From the NCBI GenBank assembly GCA_965262915.1, contig OZ253564.1:2624001-2688000 (forward strand): DNA of 64,000 bases, written 5' to 3'. Source of the DNA: Candidatus Spongiisociaceae bacterium (lineage in GTDB: Bacteria > Actinomycetota > Acidimicrobiia > Spongiisociales > Spongiisociaceae). Positions 19,950-30,745 of the stretch are shown in pieces (the stretch's first letter is position 1; every line of letters begins with the position of its first letter). A program made the position numbers and the translations under genes. The notes under the pieces are model-generated. The model did no database searches and was not told the origin of the DNA. It saw only the letters and a list, made by a program, of their open reading frames with translations.

Positions 19950-21374
19950 TCAGCGCCGGCCGATGCCGCGCTCCTTGAGTTCCTGGAGGATCGCTTCGAG
20001 CGAGGCGTCCACATCGAAGGTCCGCTGCTCTTCCTTCTTCTCGGCCCGCTCGAACTCGGCGACGGCCGGTCGGCGGCGGCGGGGCGGGCGGTGACCGGAT
20101 GCCCCCCGGGCGCTGAACTCGGGGAGGGCCTGCTTGATGGAGAAACTCACTCGTCGCCGCGCCTCGTCCATCTCGGTCAGCTTGACCTTCACCATCTGGC
20201 CGATCGACAACTCCAACTCGGGTGACTCCACCCGGTGCATGGCGATCTCCGATACGTGCACGAGGCCCTCGACTCCGTTCCCTACCGCCACGAAAGCCCC
20301 GAACGGAACGGTCTTGATGACGGTGCCCTCGAGGACGGCGCCTACTTCGTGCTTGGTACTGAACGCCTGCCATGGGTCGGGGGTGGTCTGCTTGATGGAC
20401 AGCGAGATGCGTTCCCGGTTGAGGTCGATTTCGAGGACCTTGATCGAAACCTGCTGGCCGACCTTCACCACCTCCGAAGGGTGGTTGACGTGCTGCCAGC
20501 TCAACTCCGACACGTGTACCAGCCCGTCCATGCCCCCCAGATCCACGAAGGCGCCGAAGTTGACCACCGACGAGACCACGCCTGACCGGTCCTCGCCTTC
20601 CTCCAAGGCGTCAAGGAACGCGCTTCTCTGCTCGGCTTGAGCCTCCTCGAGGTAGGCGCGGCGGGAGAGCACCACGTTGTTGCGGTTACGGTCCAACTCG
20701 ATGACCTTCGCCTCGATGTCTTGCCCGATGAACGGTTCCAGATCGCGGACCCTGCGCAGATCGACCAGGGAGGCGGGCAGGAAGCCGCGCAGGCCGATGT
20801 CGACGATCAGCCCGCCCTTCACCACCTCGATCACGGTTCCTTTCACCGTGCCGCTCTGCTCTTTGACCGCTTCGATCTGTCCCCACACCCGCTCGTAGAG
20901 GGCCCGCTTCTTCGAAAGTATGAGGCGGCCCTCTTCGTCTTCCTTTTCGAGGACGAGGACTTCGATGTGCTGGCCGATCGATATGATATCGCCAGGCGCG
21001 ACGTTCTTGCGGATCGACAGTTCCTTGAGCGGCACGACACCCTCGGACTTGTATCCGATGTCCACCAGGACCTCGTCCTGCTCGATGTTCACCACCTGGC
21101 CCTCGATGATGTCGCCTTCCTTGAACTCGAGGACGGTCTCGGCTATGGCCGCTGCGAAGTCCTCCGGGCCTAGATCGTCGGGCAGCGAGGAGACGCTACG
21201 AGCCTTGATGGCCGGTGGTCCCATGATCGAACTGTTGTCGATGTCGGCGCTCAACGGGGCGGTGAATATGGCTGGGCGGCGGTCGGAGAGGCGGTCGGCG
21301 TCCGTAGTGGCCTCCGAGGCCGGGCGGTCACCGGCATCCTTCCGTACGTCGCGTGTAACTTGTGAATCTTGCAT
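19950..21374 (-). CDS. rpsA: 30S ribosomal protein S1
   Basis: Four S1 domains (DIGYKSEGV, VVKGGLIVDIGLRGFLPAS, FGAFVDLGG, FGAFV..GVEGLVHVSE). Confidence 0.97.
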   Translation of the reverse strand: MQDSQVTRDVRKDAGDRPASEATTDADRLSDRRPAIFTAPLSADIDNSSIMGPPAIKARSVSSLPDDLGPEDFAAAIAETVLEFKEGDIIEGQVVNIEQDEVLVDIGYKSEGVVPLKELSIRKNVAPGDIISIGQHIEVLVLEKEDEEGRLILSKKRALYERVWGQIEAVKEQSGTVKGTVIEVVKGGLIVDIGLRGFLPASLVDLRRVRDLEPFIGQDIEAKVIELDRNRNNVVLSRRAYLEEAQAEQRSAFLDALEEGEDRSGVVSSVVNFGAFVDLGGMDGLVHVSELSWQHVNHPSEVVKVGQQVSIKVLEIDLNRERISLSIKQTTPDPWQAFSTKHEVGAVLEGTVIKTVPFGAFVAVGNGVEGLVHVSEIAMHRVESPELELSIGQMVKVKLTEMDEARRRVSFSIKQALPEFSARGASGHRPPRRRRPAVAEFERAEKKEEQRTFDVDASLEAILQELKERGIGRR

Positions 21375-21608
21375 CTAGCCGGCTGTGCAGTGGGGGGCCG
21401 GGGTCTTGGTGCTGTGCGGCCCTTCGATGTGGGTAGGGGCCGGTTCAGCACTAGCTTTCGTATCGAACATGAGTGGGTATGGACCTCCGAGCAGCAAGAA
21501 ACGCTCCGCTCGACGCGGAGCCGGGGCACTAGTAGCTTACCACTTCCTGGGCACGTGTGTGCGCCTCATTTTGGGGCGCTTCCTTTGGGTATCGCAATTG
21601 AGCCGCTC

Positions 21609-24290
21609 TCAGCTCTTGACCGATTCGAGGTCCGATCCTATTGCGATGTCGACGGTGAGCGGCACATCCAGTTGGACCACTCCTTCCATGACCTCCTTGA
21701 CCAGGTGAGCCGTGTCCGCCACCGTCACCCGGGTCGCCTCCAGCACCAACTCGTCGTGGATCTGCAGGAGCATCCTGGCATCGCGTTCGGGCAGAAGCCG
21801 GTCAAGTTCGATCATCGCTATCTTGATTACATCGGCCGCCGATCCCTGGACGGGGGCGTTGAGCGCCATCCGCTCCCCCATCTGGCGTATCCGGAAGTTG
21901 TCGGATGACAGTTCGGGCAGGTACCGGCGCCGGCCGAACAAAGTGGTGGTGTAGCCGGTTCTCCGGGCCTCGGCGACCACCGACCGCAGATAGTCGCGGA
22001 CATCGGGGAATTGCCGGAAGTAAGTGTCCATGTGCTCTTGGGCCTCATCCCGACTGATCTTCAACCGGTCGGCCAACCCGAACGCCTCCATCCCGTAGAG
22101 CAGGCCGAAGTTGATGGCCTTGGCCCGGCGGCGCAGGTCGGGGGTGACCAGATCGGTCGGGCAGCCGAAGACACGGGCCGCGGTGGTGGTGTGGATGTCC
22201 TCCCCGGCTCCGAATGCCTTGAGCAACCCCGGGTCCCGCGACAGGTGGGCGAGGATGCGCAGCTCGATCTGTGAATAGTCCGCCACGACGAAGTCGTGCC
22301 CCTCCGGAGCGACGAACGCGCGGCGGAGGGTCCGGCCCGTGCGCGAACGCACCGGAATGTTCTGGAGGTTGGGACGATCGGACGACAGCCGGCCGGTGGC
22401 CGCGCCCGTCTGGTTGAAGTGGGCGTGGATGCGGCCGTCCTGCCCCACCAAGGGCAGGTAACCGTCAACGTAGGTGCTGCGAAGCTTCTCGATCTCCCGG
22501 TACCGGAGTAGCAGGGCCACGATCGGGTGGGCATCCTCGAGCTTGGCGAGGACCGAGGCGTCGGTGCTGGGGGCCCCTTTCGGCGTCTTCTTGAGAACGG
22601 GGAGCCCCAGCCCATCGAACAGCACCTTGCGCAGCTGCAACGTCGAGTTGATGTTGAAAGCCTCCTCCGCCCAGCCGTGGATCTCGGCCTCGAGTCCTGC
22701 GAGTTCCTCGCGCAGCGAGGCGCCCATGGCCTCGAGATAGGTCCGGTCCACGAGTATTCCCGCCAACTCCATGCGGGCTAGGACCTGTACCAGCGGCAGT
22801 TCCATATCGCGGAACAGCGATATCTGGGCACGTTCCTCGAGCTTCGCCTCCATGACCGGGCGCAGCTGCCTGACCGCCACCGCCCGGGATCCGACGGCCT
22901 CGAGGTCCGGGCCGTCCCCGAAGTCCAGCATTCCCTGGCTCGATCCGTTGCCGTCCCCGTCCCCGCTCGTCAGGTCGATACCCAGGTACCGGGATGCCAG
23001 GTCCTCCAGCGTGTCGGATCGGGCGGCCGGGTCGATGATGTAGCCCGCCAGAACGGGATCGAACGCCGGACCGTCCAGGTCGTATCCGAGCTGGATCAGG
23101 CTGCGGAACAGTTCCTTGGACTCGTAGACCGAGATCGGCGTTCCCGGATCGGCTAGGGCACGCGCCAGGTGTGGGAGATGATCGATGGGAACGAAGAACA
23201 CCTCCTCCGCCGTTCCGTCGTCGCCGACCGGGCTATCCGGGTCCTCGCCCTCGCCGTCGGGCCGGAGGTCGTCGGGTATGGCCATCAGCCCTACCAGGTC
23301 GTCCCCGTCGTAGACCGGCTCGATCACCAGGCTCGGAGACCCGCCGAGTCTCGCCACCCGTTCAGCCGTCTGGAGCACCAGGACATCGACCTCGATGGGT
23401 GTGCCGGACATCTCCGATACCCCTTCCTCCAACTCCACCAGCCGGGTCCACAGCGACGAGAACTCCAGGCGGTCGAAGACCGCCCTGGTGGCGTCCCTGT
23501 CCGGGACGGCGCGCTGCATACGCCGGTTGTCGAGGCCGAGATCGAGATCGTCCACCAGAGCCATCAAGGAGCGGTTGCGGAAAACCTGCTCTCGGTGAGC
23601 GGCCAGGTTCTGCCGCAGCCGGGGGGTGTGATCGTCGATGTGTTCGAAGACGCCCTCCAAGTTTTCGAAGGTGGATACGAGACGGGCGGCCGTCTTGACA
23701 CCCACGCCGGGTACGCCGGGGAGGTTGTCCGAGGTGTCGCCCCGCAGGGAGGCGTAATCGACGTATTGATCGGGCCGGACTCCGTATTTGGTCTCTACCC
23801 AGGCCGGGTCGACCAGCACGATGTCGGTGATCCCGCGCCGCGTGTACACGACCTTCACCTTGGGGGTGACCAACTGGAAACTGTCCCGGTCGCCTGTCAC
23901 CACCAGCACGTCCCAGCCGTCCTTCCCTGCCTGGCGTACCAGGCTGGCGATCACATCGTCCGCCTCGTAGCCCGGCAACTCGACCTGGGTGATCTCCATC
24001 GCATCCAGCACTTCGCGGATCAGGGGCAGCTGGCTGCGGAATCGGTCCGGGGCGGATGCCCGATGGGCCTTGTACTGGGGGAAGAGTTCGGTCCGGAAGG
24101 TGGAACGCCCCACATCCCAGGCCACCACCAGCCCCTCCGGTGAATGATCGCCCAGCAGCTTGATCAGCATCGACGTGAAGCCGTACACCGCGTTGGTCAC
24201 CTCTCCGGAGCGGGTGGCCAGGTCGGGAGGAAGGGCGTAGAAAGCGCGGTAGGCCAGGCTGTGACCGTCGAGGAGTGCCAGGGTGGGCAT
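21609..24290 (-). CDS. polA: DNA polymerase I
   Basis: DGHSLAYRAF 5'-nuclease start, ADYSQIELR, AKAINFGLLYG, LQIHDEL. Confidence 0.98.
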   Translation of the reverse strand: MPTLALLDGHSLAYRAFYALPPDLATRSGEVTNAVYGFTSMLIKLLGDHSPEGLVVAWDVGRSTFRTELFPQYKAHRASAPDRFRSQLPLIREVLDAMEITQVELPGYEADDVIASLVRQAGKDGWDVLVVTGDRDSFQLVTPKVKVVYTRRGITDIVLVDPAWVETKYGVRPDQYVDYASLRGDTSDNLPGVPGVGVKTAARLVSTFENLEGVFEHIDDHTPRLRQNLAAHREQVFRNRSLMALVDDLDLGLDNRRMQRAVPDRDATRAVFDRLEFSSLWTRLVELEEGVSEMSGTPIEVDVLVLQTAERVARLGGSPSLVIEPVYDGDDLVGLMAIPDDLRPDGEGEDPDSPVGDDGTAEEVFFVPIDHLPHLARALADPGTPISVYESKELFRSLIQLGYDLDGPAFDPVLAGYIIDPAARSDTLEDLASRYLGIDLTSGDGDGNGSSQGMLDFGDGPDLEAVGSRAVAVRQLRPVMEAKLEERAQISLFRDMELPLVQVLARMELAGILVDRTYLEAMGASLREELAGLEAEIHGWAEEAFNINSTLQLRKVLFDGLGLPVLKKTPKGAPSTDASVLAKLEDAHPIVALLLRYREIEKLRSTYVDGYLPLVGQDGRIHAHFNQTGAATGRLSSDRPNLQNIPVRSRTGRTLRRAFVAPEGHDFVVADYSQIELRILAHLSRDPGLLKAFGAGEDIHTTTAARVFGCPTDLVTPDLRRRAKAINFGLLYGMEAFGLADRLKISRDEAQEHMDTYFRQFPDVRDYLRSVVAEARRTGYTTTLFGRRRYLPELSSDNFRIRQMGERMALNAPVQGSAADVIKIAMIELDRLLPERDARMLLQIHDELVLEATRVTVADTAHLVKEVMEGVVQLDVPLTVDIAIGSDLESVKS

Positions 24291-24309
24291 ACGAGGATCG
24301 TAGCCCTTG

Positions 24310-24462
24310 GTCGGTTGCCAGTTGCCAGTTTCCGGTTGCCGGTGGTCGGTGGTCGGAGATCCGAGGTACTCAACTGCCGAGATAGGCCTTGCTAACGATG
24401 GGCAGGGGTGGTAGCCATTTACTGGCAACTGGCACCCTGCAACAGGTGCTAGGTGCCAGGTG
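24310..24462. repeat. degenerate heptamer arrays upstream of polA, in both orientations
   Basis: GGTTGCC/AGTTGCC/GGTGGTC units at 24310-24356; ACTGGCA and AGGTGCY units at 24421-24462. Confidence 0.75.
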
Positions 24463-24668
24463 CTAGCCCTGATTCTTCAGACACACGGGCCGATGTTCCA
24501 CTACCGGCCGGGTGAAGTCGACAAGTGCGCTCAGTCGCCGCTCACCCTGCGGGTGAAACGCCTGTACGGGACACCGGAGCTCGCCAGCCCTCAATAATCC
24601 CAGGTCAGAGGTCCCTGTGCCACCACCTTCGAGGACGTAGCCGTTCATGCCTGAAGAATTGGGGCTAG
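24463..24668. mobile_element. MITE-like element, family B (198 bp plus CTAG at each end)
   Basis: TIRs CTAGCCCTGATTCTTCAGACA vs revcomp CTAGCCCCAATTCTTCAGGCA (18/21); removing it restores the array AGGTGCT-AGGTGCC-AGGTGCT-AGGTGCC. Confidence 0.8.
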
Positions 24669-24769
24669 GTGCCAGTCCTCGATGATGGGTTCTGTGGCCA
24701 CCGACGGGACGGACAGGTCACCAACCTAGCTCAAAGACACCGAGAATCCTCCAGTCCCGCCACTCACCA

Positions 24770-24807
24770 CTGACACCTGGCACCTGGCAACTGGCAACTG
24801 GCAACTG
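24770..24807. repeat. heptamer tandem array CTGGCAC/CTGGCAA
   Basis: ctgacac ctggcac ctggcaa ctggcaa ctggcaa ctg, directly 3' of the tRNA. Confidence 0.85.
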
Positions 24808-24809
24808 AT

Positions 24810-24893
24810 TCCTAGGAATGGGACTCGAACCCATACGCCCTCGCGGGCACCGGATTTTGAGTCCGGCGCGTCTACCAATTCCGCCATCCCGGC
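24810..24893 (-). tRNA. tRNA-Leu(CAA) with mismatched acceptor stem
   Basis: GCCGGGA-TGGCGGAATTGGTAGACGC; anticodon arm CCGGA-CTCAAAA-TCCGG; long variable arm; T arm ATGGG-TTCGAGT-CCCAT; discriminator A. Confidence 0.9.
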
Positions 24894-24994
24894 CGGGAAC
24901 GTCGATGTTAATCGGATGGGCGGCCGGTGCCCTAGGCGGTCTCGGCTACGGCGTCGGGGTGGGAGGAGTTGTCAGGATGCTCGACAGCCCGCGT

Positions 24995-25162
24995 TGGTAG
25001 TCTGTCTGCAAAATAACCTGGCGTGTTCTGCTTGCCATCGACGCTCCTCGCGGTGTTCCGCCTCCTCGACGTACCGCTGCGGGTACGCCTTCGTCGGCGG
25101 GCCTTGCGAGCAACGCCGCTGCCGGCGCATACCACGCGGCCGTCTCACAGACAGACCACTAG
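24995..25162. mobile_element. MITE-like repeat, family A, copy 2 (168 bp)
   Basis: Same length as and closely similar to 9856-10023; ends TGGTAGTCTGTCTG...CAGACAGACCACTAG. Confidence 0.85.
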
Positions 25163-25266
25163 CATCGCGGGCAGTTGTCCTTTGCTTACCCGCCGGTCGC
25201 GGCGAACGACGTGTCCGGCCTACGCGCAGGAACCTGTACCCCCACGATCCGGCGGTTATCAAGTTC

Positions 25267-27060
25267 ATGGATCAGTCCCGCATACGCAACGTCGCCATCA
25301 TCGCCCACATCGACCACGGCAAGTCAACGCTGGCCGACCGTTTCCTGGAGTTGTGCAGGGCGGTGGCGCCGCGGGAGATGCGGGCGCAGTACCTCGACTC
25401 GATGGACCTCGAGCGGGAGCGCGGTATCACCATCAAGCTGCAGAGCGTGCGCCTTTCCTACGGCCCGTGGTGTATCAACCTGATCGACACTCCCGGTCAT
25501 GTGGACTTCGGATACGAGGTGTCCCGCTCCCTGGCGGCGTGCGAGGGCGTGATCCTGCTCGTGGATGCGGCCCAAGGCATCGAGGCCCAGACCCTGGCCA
25601 ACTGCACCATGGCGCTCGAGCACGATCTGACCATCGTGGCGGCCCTCAACAAGGTCGACCTGCCCGCCGCGGACCCCGATCGGGTCGCGGGGGAGATCGA
25701 GCAGGTGCTGGGGATTCCCGCCGAAGAGGTGCTTCGCATCTCCGCCAAGACCGGCGAGGGCGTGACGGACCTGCTCGACGCGGTCACCGAACGGGTTCCC
25801 GCCCCCTGCGCCGACCCGGATGCCGAGTTGCAGGCCCTGATCTTCGACTCCCACTTCGACAACTACCGGGGAGTGATCAGCTCGGTACGGATCGTGCAGG
25901 GCACGCTGCGGGCCGCCTCGCAGGTGCGGTTCATACAGACCGGGGCCGTCCACGGCGTGCAGGAGTTGGGGGTGCGGACCCCGACGGCGACCGGGGTGGG
26001 TGAACTGGGCCCGGGTGAGGTGGGATACCTCATCGCCGGGGTGAAGAACACCGCCGCGGCGCGCCCCGGCGAGACCGTGACCGACGCCCGCCATCCCTCC
26101 GGAGCGCCCCTGCCCGGATACCGCGAGCCCAAGGCGATGGTGTTCTGCGGTCTCTACCCGATCGACGGCGACGAGTACCCGGACCTGCGGGACGCCCTCG
26201 ACAGGCTGCGACTCAACGATTCGAGCTTCAGCTACTTTCCCGAGAGTTCCGCTGCCCTCGGCTTCGGATACCGGTGCGGATTCCTCGGCCTCCTGCATAT
26301 GGAGATCATCACCCAGCGCCTCAAGCGGGAGTTCGATCTGGACATCATCGCCACCAAACCGTCGGTCGAGTACCTGGTGCGTACCACCGCGGGCGAGGAA
26401 CTGGCGGTGGACAATCCCAGCCGCCTGCCGCCGCCCGGCGAGGTGGCCGCCATCGCCGAGCCGATCCTGCTGCTGAGCATCATCACCCCGGCCGCCTACA
26501 CGGGGCGGCTCATGGAGTTGTGCCAGCGGCGACGAGGCCGCCTGATCGGCATGGACTACCTGTCGCCGGAGCGGGTCGAGCTGCGTTACCGCCTACCCCT
26601 GGCAGAGGTCGTCACCGACTTCTACGACCAGCTGAAGAGCCGCACCCGGGGCTACGCCAGCCTCGACTACGAGCCCGACGGTTACGACGACGCCGACCTG
26701 GTCAGGGTCGATCTTCTGCTCCAGAGCGATCCGGTGGACGCGTTCAGCGCCATCGTCCATCGCAGCGAGGCCTACGCCTACGGCCGGACTATGACCGCCA
26801 AGCTTCACGAGCTGATACCCCGCCAGCAGTTCGACGTGCCCATCCAGGCCGCCATCGGCAGCCGGATCATCGCCCGCGAGACGGTGAAGGCCTACCGGAA
26901 GGACGTGACGGCCAAGCTCTACGGCGGCGACGTGACCCGCAAGCGCAAACTGCTGCAACGCCAGAAGGCCGGCAAGAAACGGATGAAGGCGATAGGTAGC
27001 GTCGAGGTGCCACCCGAGGCCTTCGTGTCGGTGATGAAAATCACGTCCGGACGCGGTTGA
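25267..27060 (+). CDS. lepA: translation elongation factor 4
   Basis: [51 protein letters not shown]. Confidence 0.97.
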   Translation: MDQSRIRNVAIIAHIDHGKSTLADRFLELCRAVAPREMRAQYLDSMDLERERGITIKLQSVRLSYGPWCINLIDTPGHVDFGYEVSRSLAACEGVILLVDAAQGIEAQTLANCTMALEHDLTIVAALNKVDLPAADPDRVAGEIEQVLGIPAEEVLRISAKTGEGVTDLLDAVTERVPAPCADPDAELQALIFDSHFDNYRGVISSVRIVQGTLRAASQVRFIQTGAVHGVQELGVRTPTATGVGELGPGEVGYLIAGVKNTAAARPGETVTDARHPSGAPLPGYREPKAMVFCGLYPIDGDEYPDLRDALDRLRLNDSSFSYFPESSAALGFGYRCGFLGLLHMEIITQRLKREFDLDIIATKPSVEYLVRTTAGEELAVDNPSRLPPPGEVAAIAEPILLLSIITPAAYTGRLMELCQRRRGRLIGMDYLSPERVELRYRLPLAEVVTDFYDQLKSRTRGYASLDYEPDGYDDADLVRVDLLLQSDPVDAFSAIVHRSEAYAYGRTMTAKLHELIPRQQFDVPIQAAIGSRIIARETVKAYRKDVTAKLYGGDVTRKRKLLQRQKAGKKRMKAIGSVEVPPEAFVSVMKITSGRG

Positions 27061-27338
27061 GAGCCGTCAACCTCCAGCATTCGGGGCTGTCTCCGTCTCG
27101 ACGGGCTGCAGCCGCGGTATCTATATATCCGGTCGATACGAGAGGTTCGGTTGTGAAAACGGAAAGTGAAGGGGCTGTGGGGACCAGCCCCGTGTTCGGG
27201 AATCTCCTCCTGCGATAGTCCGAGGAGTTCTACTCCGAATTCCGTCTGCTACTCGCCTTCCTGCCGGCGCTGCGGGGAGCCCAGAAGGATTGGTGGATCG
27301 GCTGGGGCGGTTCCCCGGGCGGGGAGCAACTTGTCTGG

Positions 27339-28151
27339 TCAGGTGGCCTGGCGTCGAGTTGGCGAGATGGCATCCGCGAGCGCTCGGGTGGCGGTGGCGA
27401 TGCCCGAGATCGGGTCGTCCGACTCGAGTGCTCTACGGACTAGTGCAGAGCCTACGATGATGCCATCCACATGGGGGGTCAGGGCAGCCGCCTGCTCGGG
27501 TGTTCCGATTCCCACCCCCATCACCAGCGGAACGTCGGTTGCGGCCCTGATCCGGATGGCCAATTGTCGTGGTACATCGGAGACCGTGTCCCGTTCCCCG
27601 GTCACTCCCATTGCGGCCACCCCGTAGATGAACACCGGATCTCGGGCGGCGATGCGCAACAGGCGCTCGTCATGGGTGGTGGGGGCCGCGAACAGGACCA
27701 AGCCGATACCCGCTCGTTCGGTCGCCTCGATCACCGGCGATGCCTCTTCCAAGGGCAGGTCGGCCACGATCAGCCCGGATGCCCCCGCGTCGGCCGCCCG
27801 GCGGGAGAACTCCCCCGGACCCAGCCGGAAGACCGGATTCGCATACGACATGGCCAGCGAGGGGCGACCGGTCGCGTCCACCACCCGTCGGAGTATCTCC
27901 AACCCGCCCCGCAGGGTCATGCCCTGCTCGATGGCCCTGGCACTCGCCAGCTGGATGGTGGGTCCGTCCATGAGCGGATCGCTGTACGGGATGCCCACTT
28001 CGAAGGCGTCCGCCCCCGCCTCGGCCATCGCCACGAACGCCTCCACCGTCTGTTCCGGACTCGGTAAACCAGCGGTCATGAACGGCAGGAAGGCGGTGTG
28101 TCCCTCCTGCCTGACCCGTGCGAAAAGCCTGTCCAGATCCTTGCGACTCAT
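27339..28151 (-). CDS. trpA: tryptophan synthase alpha chain
   Basis: EVGIPYSDPLMDGPTIQ, GVTGER, DGIIVGSA. Confidence 0.97.
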   Translation of the reverse strand: MSRKDLDRLFARVRQEGHTAFLPFMTAGLPSPEQTVEAFVAMAEAGADAFEVGIPYSDPLMDGPTIQLASARAIEQGMTLRGGLEILRRVVDATGRPSLAMSYANPVFRLGPGEFSRRAADAGASGLIVADLPLEEASPVIEATERAGIGLVLFAAPTTHDERLLRIAARDPVFIYGVAAMGVTGERDTVSDVPRQLAIRIRAATDVPLVMGVGIGTPEQAAALTPHVDGIIVGSALVRRALESDDPISGIATATRALADAISPTRRQAT

Positions 28152-28155
28152 CCGC

Positions 28156-29364
28156 TCACCTCATCCCGGTCTTGGTGGCGATCATCTCGACGTCCTTGTC
28201 CCCACGCCCCGAGAGGTTGAGCAGGACCGTGCTGTCCCGCAATCTGTCCGCCTCCTTCGCAACCCAGGCCACGGCATGGGCCGACTCGAGCGCGGGGATG
28301 ATCCCCTCGGTACGGGACAGCAGATCGACGCCACCCAACGCCTCATCGTCGGTGATGGATACGTACCGGGCCAGTCCTACGTCGGCGAAGTAGGCGTGTT
28401 CGGGTCCCACCCCCGGATAGTCAAGCCCGGCTGAGATGGAGTGCGCCTCCAGGACCTGGCCCTCCTCATCCTGGAGCATGTAGGTGCGGGCCCCGTGGAG
28501 GATGCCGGGCGACCCGGCCCCGATCGAGGCGCCGTGCCGGCCCGTCTCTATGCCGTGACCGGCCGCCTCCACACCGATGAGTTCAACTCCCTCATGCCCG
28601 GCGAACGGGTAGAACATTCCGATGGCGTTCGAGCCACCTCCGACGCACGCCACCACCACATCGGGTATCTCCCCTCGCAGTTGGGTGATGCTCTCCTCCC
28701 CTATCACCTTCTGGAACTCTCGCACGATCCACGGGAAAGGGTGGGGACCCACCACCGACCCGATTATGTAATGGGTGGTCTCGACGGTGCGAACCCAGTC
28801 GCGCATGGCCTCGTTGACCGCGTCCTTGAGCGTGCCGGCCCCGGAGGTCACGGGGATCACCTCCGTTCCCAACATGCGCATCCGCGCCACGTTGAGCGCT
28901 TGGCGCTCGATGTCCTTCTCCCCCATGTAGACCAGGCACTCGAGACCTGCGTAAGCGGCGGCGGTGGCGGTGGCCACCCCGTGCTGGCCGGCGCCGGTCT
29001 CTGCAATCAGGCGGCTCTTGCCCATACGGGTGGTGAGTAGCGCCTGGCCCAGCGCGTTGTTGATCTTGTGGGCGCCCGTGTGTGCTAGGTCCTCCCGCTT
29101 GAGGAGCACTCGTACGCCTATCTCCCGGGAGAGGCGATCGGCGCCGTGCAGCGGTGTGGGTCGCCCCGTGTATGTGTTCAACAGATCGTGGAACTCGCTC
29201 ACGAAGTTCCGGTCGGACCACGCCTGGGCGAACTCGGTAGCCAGTTCCCCCAAGGCCGGCATCAGGGTCTCGGGAGCGAACATGCCGCCGTACTCTCCGA
29301 AGCGGCCCCGTTCGTCGGGGCGGTCCAGCCGGAGTCCCTGACCTGTCCTCGCAGTTGCCGTCAT
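28156..29364 (-). CDS. trpB: tryptophan synthase beta chain
   Basis: [46 protein letters not shown]. Confidence 0.98.
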   Translation of the reverse strand: MTATARTGQGLRLDRPDERGRFGEYGGMFAPETLMPALGELATEFAQAWSDRNFVSEFHDLLNTYTGRPTPLHGADRLSREIGVRVLLKREDLAHTGAHKINNALGQALLTTRMGKSRLIAETGAGQHGVATATAAAYAGLECLVYMGEKDIERQALNVARMRMLGTEVIPVTSGAGTLKDAVNEAMRDWVRTVETTHYIIGSVVGPHPFPWIVREFQKVIGEESITQLRGEIPDVVVACVGGGSNAIGMFYPFAGHEGVELIGVEAAGHGIETGRHGASIGAGSPGILHGARTYMLQDEEGQVLEAHSISAGLDYPGVGPEHAYFADVGLARYVSITDDEALGGVDLLSRTEGIIPALESAHAVAWVAKEADRLRDSTVLLNLSGRGDKDVEMIATKTGMR

Positions 29365-29975
29365 GGCCCTTCCTCCAGCTGTTTGGCGTTCTTTACGAAG
29401 TCCCGGATCCTGGCCGGATCCTTCACCCCCGGCGCCGACTCTAGGCCGGACGAGGCATCCACACCCCAGGGACGGTACCGCGACACCGCGTCCGCCACGT
29501 TGGACGGCTTCAGACCGCCCGCCAGGACGTAGCGGCTCCCGGGAGGAGGGAGCCATTCGGGCGCCACCTGCTCGCCGGTTCCGCCCAGACCGTCGGGCGA
29601 GTAGGCGTCGAGGAGGGCGGTATGTCCGGGAGGGAGCGCTCCGAGATCCACGGGACCCCGCACCCTGACGGGCCGGAGCACGAAAGCCCCGGCCTCGGCG
29701 GCCGCGTGGGCGGCTTCGGGTACGTGGTCGCCGTACGGCTGGACGCCGGCCGCCCCCACCCGGTCCACCAGGTCGACCAGGTCGCCGGGGGTGGCGTCGA
29801 GGGTGAGGATGACTGCGGGAAGGCGGGATGCGGAGGCGAGTCGGGCCGCGTCGTCGACCTCCAGGTACCTGGGCGTTCCCGGGACGAGCACCAGACCCAC
29901 CACGTCGGCGCCTGCCTCCGCGGCTGCCTCGAGATCGGACGCGGTGCGCATCCCGCACACCTTGACCCAGGTCAC
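29361..29975 (-). CDS. trpF: phosphoribosylanthranilate isomerase
   Basis: VKVCG, LLDA...[18 protein letters not shown]; overlaps trpC and trpB by 4 nt. Confidence 0.95.
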   Translation of the reverse strand: MTWVKVCGMRTASDLEAAAEAGADVVGLVLVPGTPRYLEVDDAARLASASRLPAVILTLDATPGDLVDLVDRVGAAGVQPYGDHVPEAAHAAAEAGAFVLRPVRVRGPVDLGALPPGHTALLDAYSPDGLGGTGEQVAPEWLPPPGSRYVLAGGLKPSNVADAVSRYRPWGVDASSGLESAPGVKDPARIRDFVKNAKQLEEGP

Positions 29976-30745
29976 GTCGCTCCCCGGAGCCCCGAGATGG
30001 CCACGGCGGGATCCGGCGATCTGGACAGGTACTCGCCCACGAGGAGAGCATCGTATCCCGCGGCCCGCAACCGGGCTGCATCCCGGGGGCCTGTGACTCC
30101 GCTCTCGGCCACCCGCACATCGACACCGTCCAGCAGGAGGGAGATATCTTCGGAGGTGGCCAGGTCCACATCGAAGGTGCGCAGGTCGCGGTTGTTGACC
30201 CCCACTATCCTGGCGCCGGCGTCCAGCGCCCGCGCCGTCTCCTCGCGGCTGTGAACCTCCACGAGGGCGGCCAGACCCGCTTGCGCGGCGGTACCCAGCA
30301 ACTCCGCGAGCAGCGCATCGTCCAGTATCGCCACGATCAGGAGCACCGCGTCGGCACCCATCACCCGCGCCTCCCAGATGTGCGCGGTATCCAAGGTGAA
30401 GTCCTTTCGCAGCGCCGGAAGGGACGTGGCGGCCCTCGCCGCTCGCAGATCGTCGGGGCTGCCCATGAAATGATCGGGCTCGGTGAGCACCGACATGGCG
30501 GCGGCGCCGCCCGTCTCGAAGGCTACCGCCCGCTCGGCAGGCTCCATACCGGCGTTGATCACGCCTTTCGACGGTGAGGCCCTCTTGAACTCGGCGATGA
30601 CTGACAGTCCGGGTGCGGCCAGCGCGCCGGCAAAGTCCCGGGCTGGAGGAAGACTCGCGGCCGCATCGCGGAGTTCGCCCTCACGTGACTTCAACGGGGC
30701 GAGGCGGTTGCGGACCGAGCCGATGATGTTGTCCAGCATGGGCAT
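29972..30745 (-). CDS. trpC: indole-3-glycerol phosphate synthase
   Basis: [33 protein letters not shown]; start may be the second ATG at 30739. Confidence 0.96.
   Translation of the reverse strand: MPMLDNIIGSVRNRLAPLKSREGELRDAAASLPPARDFAGALAAPGLSVIAEFKRASPSKGVINAGMEPAERAVAFETGGAAAMSVLTEPDHFMGSPDDLRAARAATSLPALRKDFTLDTAHIWEARVMGADAVLLIVAILDDALLAELLGTAAQAGLAALVEVHSREETARALDAGARIVGVNNRDLRTFDVDLATSEDISLLLDGVDVRVAESGVTGPRDAARLRAAGYDALLVGEYLSRSPDPAVAISGLRGAT

Noticed and set aside
24463-24648. 61-aa minus-strand ORF as a gene
   Set aside because: Lies wholly inside the TIR-bounded MITE and ends at its terminal CTAG
29365-30171. Long N-terminal extension of trpB
   Set aside because: Overlaps trpF and trpC in another frame; the ATGA coupling at 29361-29364 gives the real start
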